This document shows, piece by piece, positions 48,405-58,800 of a DNA stretch of 64,000 nucleotides (positions are counted from its first letter, which is position 1; each line of letters begins with the position of its first letter). Source of the stretch: Antedon mediterranea (taxonomy: Eukaryota > Animalia > Echinodermata); NCBI RefSeq assembly GCF_964355755.1, contig NC_092678.1:5534422-5598421 (forward strand), written 5' to 3'. The notes under the pieces were generated by a model that did not search any database, was not told the origin of the DNA, and saw only the letters and a list, made by a program, of their open reading frames with translations. A program made the position numbers and the translations under genes.

Positions 48405-48522
48405 CCCAGTGGTGGTGGTATGGAAGGTGAATTTGAATGTCACAACGTTACTTCAGAAGATTGGGTTAATTTTCGGCACAATTGTCGAATATTAAAACAT
48501 CTTTGATCAATTGCATCTCGTG
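48405..48522 (+). pseudogene. Decayed copy of the GTF3C1 penultimate coding exon
   Basis: CTTCAGAAGATTGGGTTAATT (48451-48471) is identical to 38622-38642. ACATCTTTGAYCAATTGCATCT (48497-48518) matches 38674-38695. The blocks are collinear and separated by indels. Confidence 0.8.
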
Positions 48523-50171
48523 CCAAAAAACCTTATTGATAGCTTATTTCGTTAAAGTTATTCTTGTGCGAGATGAGAGCAGAGAAATAATAAAAATAAT
48601 TAAACTGTTTACTTGAGTTTTTGAAAAAAAAAATCAAGAAAAATCATCACGTATTCTTCCTATTTTGGGATCATGCTCACCAACCCTAATGTAATTTTAT
48701 CATTATGTTACATGTGCGGTGGACGCACTATTTGATATCGACACATATTGGATAAAGTTTGATTTTTAAAATGACCTAATAATATGCTAATAAAACGCGC
48801 CCGCCGGTTCGAGTATGCGGATACGTTCAAGAAAACCTCCGCCGACTGCCGTTGAACAGACAATGTGATTTGGCCGATTTGGCGTTGCCTTTTGTTGTTA
48901 ACGTTGGCGGATGAAATGCTTTATTTTTTTTTTCAATTAGGTTAAGGCATCATTTTAATGTCAAATTCTTAATCAATTTCATTTACACTCAATTTTTAAT
49001 ACTAGTAGGGTGCGGCTAGGCTACACGGTTGGTGAGTTTTTGCAACAGCTACCCTAGCAACGTGACAAGAGATCATTTTCAATTACCGCGTGAAAACTAT
49101 TTCCGGGGTTTTCCGTCACATGACATGAATATTCATGTATAGATTCACGCCCTTTAGGCCTATGCCTTAACATAATAGGAAAAACGTGGGACTGTTTCCG
49201 ACTTGCGCGTCGCACACTGTCGCGTCGCTATTTCGAAAGCTAGCTACGATGATTGTTGATCGATTGGATTTTTTACTGAAAAATTTGCACAGCAATACAG
49301 TAAAGGTCTTTTACATACAATTTAGCAGAAACATATGTGACCTCATGTTTATATTCTGCGGTATAATCAATCTATAGATTCGAAGAATGAATATACGTTG
49401 CATGCAATTTTTAATTTGTTGCCTATACATTTAGAACTAGCTTTTGATATCATAATTTGATTGAATGGAATAATTGGCAATGATTTGTAACCATGACAAT
49501 AACATTTAATTACGCCCAGTTGAGGCCTGTCTTTGTGATTTCTATAAAGGAATATTACTCAAATCCGAGAGTTAATTGATTGTTGACTAAAATGCCTTTG
49601 CTACTCACAACATTTAATAAAAACGTTAGTTAATGATTAGCTGCAGTTGTAGCTGATTTATCATACTTTTTTTAAAAGAATGATTATGGCAAAATATTCT
49701 ATATGGCAAGCATCATGACTTGCTGACTTGTTAGTTGATAGCAATGTTTAATGAAGTAAAGTTTACAGGAATTCCCTGTGTTGTATTTCTCTCGGAGACG
49801 TACACCACCTACGTTTCTAGTTTGAGAATTGTTTGATGATCGTTTGTTGCATTTTGCGAGAGTTCATTACATTGATCAAACTTGCAGTATTTCCACTTAG
49901 GATTACTTCTTGTGCATGTGAGAGCAGTTCGTGTGACACATTCAGTCTATCTGCAACCTGATGTACCGTAGCATAGTTTGTGATTTATTTAGAACAAGAA
50001 TGATTGCTCTTACAAGAGACTGTTAAAAGTATTATACGCCAGTGAAAACGATAAAATCACTGTTATTTGTTAGTTGTTTGCCATGTATTTATTTATTGAT
50101 ACAAAAGATAGTATATTGAATTGTTGTTGCTGCGTGATTATTAAAGCTTACATTTGTCTATTCTTTGTGTG

Positions 50172-51392
50172 ATGGATAACTCTACAGAAGACGAAGTAGG
50201 AACTGGGTACATTTACTTTATGTCGTCTGTTCTGTCAATTCTTATGATATCTGGTGTCCTTATGAATACATTAATTATTGTATGCTTCATAATAAATCCA
50301 AATCTAAGAACATTTGCGAATGCTTATTTTCTGAGCCTCGCTTGTTCAGACCTAATTCTCTCTAGTATCGGTATACCATTTGGGTTGGTGTATATTGTGC
50401 GAGGATTTTATGTGGAACGCGGGCTGCTTTGCTACGCCATGAAGGTTATTTCAACCATCGGATTTCAAATGTCTAAACTAACTGTTTTAATCATTTGTTA
50501 TGAGAGATACAGAGGAATATGTTATCCGTTAAAAAGTGTTGTGAAAAATACTAAATCTCGTTCACGAAAAGTTATAATCGCTTCATGGATTTTTGGAATT
50601 AGTTTGATTCTGGTATATGTCTTGCTAGATGATATTAGAGTAGATACTGAAACTTGCACGCTGGATACTTTTAAATGGGAACCGTTCGTACAATTGCTTA
50701 CTGTTTGTGCTTATGTCTTAATTCCTTCAATATTTATTATTGCACTTTATTTAAGAATTAATGTAACTGTTCGCAGACGAGAGCAGAAAGTATCAAGCTT
50801 CGCAGGTGTTATTGCAGAGGATGTCTCAACTATGAACTGGTACGCGAAGATGGCTAAGTGCTTCAGGCGTACGCGGCCAACAGGTAATAACGCAAACAAA
50901 GGTAGTTCTTTGCCTGGAAGTACACCAGGTTCCAGCCTAACAATTAGTGAGAATCAAGGACATGATGTCGTACACATACACCTTCAGGAGGACGTGGGGA
51001 ATATAACAAAAGGCCAAGCTAAAGTGAACAGTAATGATATTCCGGTTACACCTAAACCCAAAGCAACTGAAGATAAATCATTTGTTAACGGAGCTATTTA
51101 TAGTACAGACTCCAATAAAAGTGGTCCAAGATCTGCGCCAAAAACTTCTAAAATTCTTAAGAAGATTTTAACTTGTTATGTAATCCTGCTGATTCCACAC
51201 ACCACCTTAACAATTGCTAATGTTATTTGTTTATATACAAATGGAACAGAATGTCCATTTCCTGTTGAAGTGACCTTTAGCGCAAGATGGATAACCGTCA
51301 TGGTGTGCGTCTTAAACCCACTTTGTTACAGTTTAACCGACAGAGAAGTCAGGAAGACCATTGTTGATTTTTTGTCACGAAAATATTTCTAA
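50172..51392 (+). CDS. Intronless orphan class A GPCR, copy 3, 406 aa
   Basis: ATG of MDNST at 50172; LSLACSDL, ERY, NPLCY. The third intracellular loop is nearly identical to copy 2. Confidence 0.92.
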   Translation: MDNSTEDEVGTGYIYFMSSVLSILMISGVLMNTLIIVCFIINPNLRTFANAYFLSLACSDLILSSIGIPFGLVYIVRGFYVERGLLCYAMKVISTIGFQMSKLTVLIICYERYRGICYPLKSVVKNTKSRSRKVIIASWIFGISLILVYVLLDDIRVDTETCTLDTFKWEPFVQLLTVCAYVLIPSIFIIALYLRINVTVRRREQKVSSFAGVIAEDVSTMNWYAKMAKCFRRTRPTGNNANKGSSLPGSTPGSSLTISENQGHDVVHIHLQEDVGNITKGQAKVNSNDIPVTPKPKATEDKSFVNGAIYSTDSNKSGPRSAPKTSKILKKILTCYVILLIPHTTLTIANVICLYTNGTECPFPVEVTFSARWITVMVCVLNPLCYSLTDREVRKTIVDFLSRKYF

Positions 51393-51507
51393 ATAGAAGT
51401 CTCTACAAACGTTGACATTTTAAAGCAAATACCTTTACTCTCCGCATCCATGTCATCCGATATCTTCAATTTATCAATATTTTTGATCAAAAAAATATAG
51501 TGTGTTA

Positions 51508-51809
51508 TAGGCCGTGTTTCCGCAGCCAAACATTAACCGATAAAAATTAACCGATAAACTGCCTCCGGAAAGGTGTTTGACCTATTCCACTCGAGAAAAT
51601 TTATCGATAATTATCTTATTCAAATCGGATAAAACTTATTGGATAAATGCGATAATGTTTAACCTTTGACTTGCGTTGTGATGGGACACTTGGTTGTTTG
51701 ATAATGTGTGATCATGCGCATTTATTTATTTTTTAAAAATTTTATTAATTATCAGATTGGTTAAAAAATTAACCGATAATTTTGTTATCGTTTGCGGAAA
51801 CACGACCTA
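51508..51809. mobile_element. MITE just downstream of GPCR copy 3
   Basis: TIR TAGGCCGTGTTTCCGCA / TGCGGAAACACGACCTA, with internal TTAACCGATAA repeats. Confidence 0.72.
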
Positions 51810-52494
51810 AGTGAAAATCTGGGGTTTTATGAAACCAGTTTTTTGTTATCATTACTAATCCATAGTTGGTATATACACTTATAGTAGCCCACTTTGTGCA
51901 TGAGAGATTACCTTGTTTACCAGTATTGATATTGGGCTTGGGCTGGAATTTTGCGTAAGGTTGTTTAAAGATGTACTGTCTCCCCCAAAACATGAACTTG
52001 TTGCCAATTTGACTATTATTTTGCCTTAAATTACAGGTAAATAATTTTTTTTTTGATCCAACTTTTGGTCAAATTTAATAACTATGTGACAATAAAATAA
52101 TGGCATATTCAACAACATTTTTTTAAATGTGTTTTCAGGCGGACAATATATCTTCGTAAAAACTGATGTATAGTTCACATACAATATCAATGGCGTTCAA
52201 AGCGGTTTTTTCTCATTTGTTTAAATTAGAAAAATACTATACACATGCCCACAGTTCAATTATACCTATCTAAAATTAACGAAAAGAAAGAATGGATTCT
52301 TTTTACCTGTACTTTCGATCCACCACCACCTGAGTTGGTTTGATTGGTTGAACATTTTTTTTTTTTTTTTGGAAACAATCTGGCTCGGATTCGATGTGCC
52401 CCGCGCGTGTACTTGGACAAGTTCGACTAGGCTCCATGCAGCAGTCACATTTTTTATTTGACCCGATGTCACGGGTCATTCTTGTTGAGACGTG

Positions 52495-52725
52495 AAAAGA
52501 CCGAAGAGTAAAAGCGCCGAACGTAATGGTAAAAAGGCCAAATAGAAAAGCACCGAACGATGAAAGAGCCGTATGAAATGATGAAAGAGCCACATGAAAT
52601 GGTAAAAGAGCCATGTGAAATAGTAAAAGTGCCAAAAGTAATGGTAAAAGGTAATGGTAAAAGAACCGTATAAATTGGTGAAAGAGCCAAATGGTAAAGC
52701 TAGGTCCGAATGGTAAAAGAGCAGA
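52495..52725. repeat. Degenerate AAAAGAGCC/AAATGGT repeat upstream of NUBP-like exon 1
   Basis: About 10 units of the GGTAAAAGAGCC type; possibly the interior of a TE. Confidence 0.65.
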
Positions 52726-52883
52726 AGAAGGCAGTAACGGCGTTCCATAGTTCGCTACTTGTTTTTAGACGCGTCGTCGTTCGTCGCGTCGTGCGTACTA
52801 CGTGTCGTCCGTTTTTTCTTTTTCGTACGGCGGCGGCACAATTTAAAATAATTTGAAAGAAGATTGCGTAGGCAAAGTCAACA

Positions 52884-55800
52884 ATGTTGGCTGATAATCA
52901 AAACAATATTGGTTGTCCATCTGAATCTGTACGTACATTTATGTTGTCTAGGCCTAGGCTAGCCGCCGGCTAGCCTAGGCCTACTTATAGACTAGGATCG
53001 AAAGCCTACTAGGCCTAGTAGCCTAGCTAGGCTAGGCTAGGCCTACTAGGGCTAGGGAGGCCTAGGCTAGTAGGCTACCTAGTCTAGGCCTAGGGCCTAG
53101 CCCATTCTTTACTCCATGCCTAGGCTTAGTTAGGCCTAGCCTATCCATCATCAGATAGCCTACTAGAGAGGGATGATTCGGCCCAGCCAGGTCGGTACGT
53201 ACCACTTCGCCCATCCAGGGCGGGATGATTCGACCCAGGCCAGGTCATTTCGGTGGATCCAAACTGTGGATCAACCAGAGTTTTCGACATGTATTGAATA
53301 TAGGCCTAGGACTATTCCATTATTTTTTATAGGGTTGTTAGTCAATGGGTTGGGTGTGCTAGGCTTGTTGAGCTTTCTATAGACTATTGTAACAATAGAA
53401 ACCTCAACAAGCCAATAATAAGGTTTATCGCAAATAGCTTCTACAATGCATGATGGGAAGGGTTTGGGAGCAAACGTCACAACGCGTACGTACGTGATTT
53501 GTTGTTTGTATGTACGCGTCGTGACGTTTGCTCCCAAACCCTTCCCATCATGCATTGTAGAAGCTATTTGCGATAAACCTTATTGTTTGCGCCTTTGTGC
53601 CAATAAGGTTTATCGCAAATATCGTGCGCGATGCATGATGGGAAGGGTTTGGGAGCAAACGTCACGACGCGTACATACGTGATTTGTTGTTTTATGATTG
53701 TTCCCATCATGCATTGTTACTGTAAAATGACATTCCTTGCGAATTCAAGCTATTTGCGATAAACCTTATTGTTTTGTATTTCACTGTGTTTGAGAAACCA
53801 ACAACTGCTGCTGTAGTTTTATTATGTGTCTGTAATTTATATCGTGTTTATATTATTATATTATTTTACATCATGTTTTATTTTACATCTCATGTAATAT
53901 TGTTACATGTTTGTTTTTTGTCTCAACAGCTGAATCAAGTTATATATAGCCGAGCTACAAATAACAAAAAAAAAATACATTGGCTGACTGTAGTTTTATT
54001 ATGTGTGTAAATTATAATTATCGCGTTTATATTATTATATTATTTTACATATCATGTTTTATTTTACATATCATGTAATATTATTACATGTTTGTTCTTT
54101 TTCTCAACAGCTGAATCAAGTTATATATAGCTTCTACAAATAACAAGAAAAAAAATACATTCAAACTTTATTCAGAATAAGGAGAAAACATATACAACTT
54201 ATTTAATTTATGTTTTAATTTAGGCCTAGATATAAATACATCCATGTTAGTTCATCAACAGTTGATGTTGTACACTTAAAGACATAAGAAAAACATGCAT
54301 TGTGTAAGTTAATGTAGGCCTATAGGTTTTACTTCATCGACCCAGTTTTAAGTGTTATTTAGTAGTGTCAACTGTCATGTTTGGTTCAACTTATTTTAAT
54401 GAGTTAGCAATATGTTTGTGAGGTTTAAAACTTTGAGGTTCAAATTTAGAGCCATGTCAGAAATAATGAAAAATCTCCACAACAGAATTTTGTCCAGAGG
54501 TACACCAGATATGTGTTAAAGTGGTAATAATTTCATATGGATGAATATATGTTTCCTATGTTAAAGCGCAGGTACAGGCATGAATTTTAAATATAATATG
54601 TGGTCAATTGTACATAAATCAAATATTTGTAACAGAAATCGAGACAAAAAAACATGAATTTCCCTTAATATGATCAAATACAAAATTTGGCAAAATTCTT
54701 CCATAAAAACCAGGAAGACTTTTTTTCAGTAGTTAGGTAGTTAACCTAATGTAATAACATGTCTGATGACTCCCTAGACGGTGAAAAAAAATGGTGGATA
54801 TACAGTGGATAATTTTTGCTATAGCATGAAAATAAAAACCTGAAATTGAATAAAAATATCAGAAATGTAATATTCAAGTTATATTACCTATATTTAGTCA
54901 TCTGATAACATTTTTTACCACGCCGTTTATTTTTCATAGCTTTTTAAAATGCCTCTCTATTTACAAAATTTGTGTACAAAAGAATAGAGATTTTACTGTG
55001 TAATTTGAACTATCCCCCCACTGATAAGAAAGTGCTTATTTTCAACAAGCTCGTGTAACACAAATAAAATCCAAAAAATTATGAAACATAGGGGAAACTA
55101 AAGATCGATAATTATTGGAATGTATGATCAATAGAATTTTTTTGCCCGTACCTGGCCTTTAAGTTCGCTGTGTAAATATCAACGTTTTTTTGCCCATTTT
55201 CAGTTTGTAACCAACTTTAACGCCATGCCAGACACAGTTGAAAAGAGTAAATAGTCTAACATTTCATTGAGGCAATCACAAGTGCCTCGGCATACATGTG
55301 TACAATATAAAGCTTTTGTGATTGTTCTTACTTACCATTAAGGTGGTCTAAAAATAAAAATTGATTCGACCGGTAAAATAAATTGGGGTTTTCAGTAATA
55401 ATTAAATAGAGAAGTATATGAGACACACTTATTTTGAGGCCAGATATGCATTAAATGGATACCAATTTACAGCTTTGTATCTTAATTAATACATCAAATT
55501 ACAAAACGCAAACTATTTATTTATTTATTTATTTGTTCTTTCTTTAAACTGAAATACACTTTCAATACAAATGTACTGATTTCCAAAGTGATTCAGTAAA
55601 CATATTTACAACAAAAATAAAATATAAAAGAAAAACAAAAAGAAAGAAAACAGATATAAAACTATTTACAATTGTGAAGGCAAAAAGGTTAATACATATA
55701 TGATTTCTATAGTGAAGATTTAAAAGTTGCCAAAGACATATTATGGAGTTCTGATTTTATGTTATTTGGTAGAGAATTCCATAATTTAGTTGATCTATAA

Positions 55801-58800
55801 ACAAAAGTTCTTTTACCCTGAGAGTTATTCCATAACGGAATAGATAAATCATTATTACTTTGGGAGCGAGTGCATTTATTATGGTTATCTACAGTAAATT
55901 GAAATAATATTGTTAAGTATCTTGGAGCTATTTCTTTTAAACATTTAAATAGCATTATAAGAATATTTTCATTCTATTTTTCTGTAAGTAAAATAGAGTA
56001 CTATTCAATTAAAGTACTCAAATTATGTGAATTCAATAGGCCAAATTTTCAAAACGACTTGGAGTTAAGCGCTACAACTTTGCATCATATATTATACTAG
56101 CAATTATACCCGCCCCAGGGCGGGTTTCAAAATTAGTTTACAGCCTTCTCAGTACATAACACCCGACGCCAGTATCTGTCTATACTCACCAACATCGACC
56201 CCTCAACAACACCCCATACTCTTTCTTAAAAACAAAATCTTCCCAGTGATGGTCAAATTCAATTCAACCTAAGCTTCGAATTGAGAGGAGTATTCATAAC
56301 TACGATGGGTCTAATAATGGTTGTAGTACGTTGTAAATTGTGTAAATGAATAGGTGTCATATTGGCTGATAATTAAAATTTGTAATTTAGATACTGCGGG
56401 CACCCAGCCTTCTTTCTCCTTTCACCACCCCAGCCACCATCAACAAACCTTAACTCCTCCCCTGGACAGTTCAAATTTAGTAACTTTTCCTAGTACAATC
56501 CAATCATATAGGCTACTTCATTACGATAGTATTTTCGCTCCTCCTCCCTCTACAAAAAACACACGCCAGATACACTGGGTGATCTCTTGAAGCCGGTTCC
56601 AGTACAATTTATATTATTATCACTCCCAACCCATAATCCCTCAGTGGCAGTTTTCAAATGTAGTTTAAAACATTCCAAATACAGTTTCGGTCATGGTGAT
56701 AGGCCTAGATGTACATCCCCACCCCAAACTCCCATCCGCTTCCCAGGGATGATTAAATATATATGTATGTAATATGTATAGCTATATCTATATTTCCCCA
56801 AACGCCTTGCTGAGGATAATTCAAATACTGTAAAACTTTTGTAGTATAATTTTACAATTCGATAGCCTACAACCCCGAGCCCTAGCAAAAATGACATCAC
56901 AAACCACCACACAACCACTCCCCCCCCCCACCCATTCCACAAAAACCCCAGGAGTCGGGGGAATTTTTTTAAATGTAGTTTAAAACCTTCCGGGTACAAT
57001 TGCCATCATTTTGATACCCCATACGTATGGTTACGTGCAGACACAGACATTTTTATAACGAACAAACATCGAAAGTGGGGGTTTTGACCACATTTTGGTC
57101 CCTAACTTGGATCCTAGGTGGCGGATGATGTTGAAATATAGCTTAGAACATTCCCGGTACAATTGCGGTCATTTTGATACCACATATGTAAGATTATGTG
57201 CAGTAACAAAATTTTGTATAACGAACAAACAGACAAACAGACAAACTCTCTCACTTATAATATAGATATCCGTGACGTTACCCGTACCAATTTTCAGAAT
57301 ATTGGTTGATTTGACACAGAATGGCCCATAGATTTTAAGCCTTATTTTAATAGTTCTTGTGCTGTATATTTGAATAAAGTTTGAAGAATGTGTCTTTTTC
57401 TCTATCTTTTCTTGTTATTTGTAGAGGCTATTTGAGAAAACAAACATGGATGTATTTATATAAGTTAAAACATAAATTAAGTAAGATGAAAATGTGTATA
57501 TGAATCTTTTTCTCGATCTTTTCTTGTTATTTGTAGAGGCTACTTGATTCAAACAACATGTTAAATAATTTAAAAAACGATATAATTTACAGACACATAA
57601 TAAAAGCTATAGGCTAACTACAGCAGAATTTTGTTGTTGTTTCTCAACAAACACAGTGAAATACAGAACAATAGAAGCCTCAGCAAGCCTGGTACACCCA
57701 ACACAATTACAAACACCCCTATAAAAAATAATGGAATGGTCCTATATTCAATACATGCCGAAAACTTGGGTTGATGTATTTTTTATTAAATTTATACACA
57801 AAAACCATCATATTTTACTTAGTAATTACTTCATAATAATATTAACCGTAAAGAAAGCAAATCAACGCTTGTAATTCTTAAGGAAACGTAAAACGTTGCG
57901 CGTAAATAGTTTTATAAAGCTAGGGGGCTGTTGCAGGAGCATGTTAACTTTAATGGACGACCTAAACATTCTACTAATTTGCATAACAGTGTAGCCAACG
58001 TACTTGTTCTTTCTTATTTTGCTTCGACAGAAAGTGTAGAACGCAACGCATGTGTCGCGCATGCAACATACACCACTCCTAATAAAACAATTAATTAAAA
58101 ACATAACTTTAAATTTACCATTTGTTTTTGTTTTTTACTCATTTTACAGAAATTTAATGATTCTTCCATGTTTTGATACCGTTTGATTAAAATTTTTCAG
58201 TGAAAGAGTCATTTGAATATACTGTACATTATATGGAATTTTTGCATACAAATTATACAGTATGTACAATGCTTTTTCGAGTACAATGATACAATCAATA
58301 ATAATCTTTTATTTCAGCATAACACCATAGAAAATATATACAAAAGAAAACAAAAGCATCAGCAAAATTCAAAAACTTAAAACACAATGCTCTCAGTACC
58401 ATCATCTGTGTAGAATAAAATATAAAAATCTTTTATAGCATAAAAAAACCATAGAAAGATACCTGAAATTTAATCTTGAATAACAATGCTTGGCACTAGA
58501 CATAATCAATACCAATAATTTCTCAAAAGCACACTTCGCTATAAATTAATATTTTTACAAATGACCCTACCCAATGAATGTTGAGATACAGTAATTTTTA
58601 TAATGATAAGAGGTGTCTAACAAAAATGTTATTTTAGGTCTACAGTACATGGCTGTTTTTAATTGCATAAATATAATACATAACCTTAAAAACTGAATCA
58701 CTACAAATTGTCTAAGATTAATAAAGTTTGATTGATTAAAATCATTATTGGAAAGATTATAAACTCAAAAAATTATTTTAAATAATGGAAAATCATAAAG

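Noticed and set aside
43083-51392. GPCRs as opsins or as true muscarinic/histamine receptors
   Set aside because: There is no Lys at 7.43 (Met or Val region instead) and no Asp at 3.32; the resemblance is limited to generic TM1-TM2 motifs.
53271-53682. Mirror-image ORFs [16 protein letters not shown] on both strands
   Set aside because: An artefact of the DNA palindrome.
54762-54790. Second hammerhead-like CTGATGA...GAAA
   Set aside because: Stem II pairs poorly and there is no stem III or UH cleavage site.
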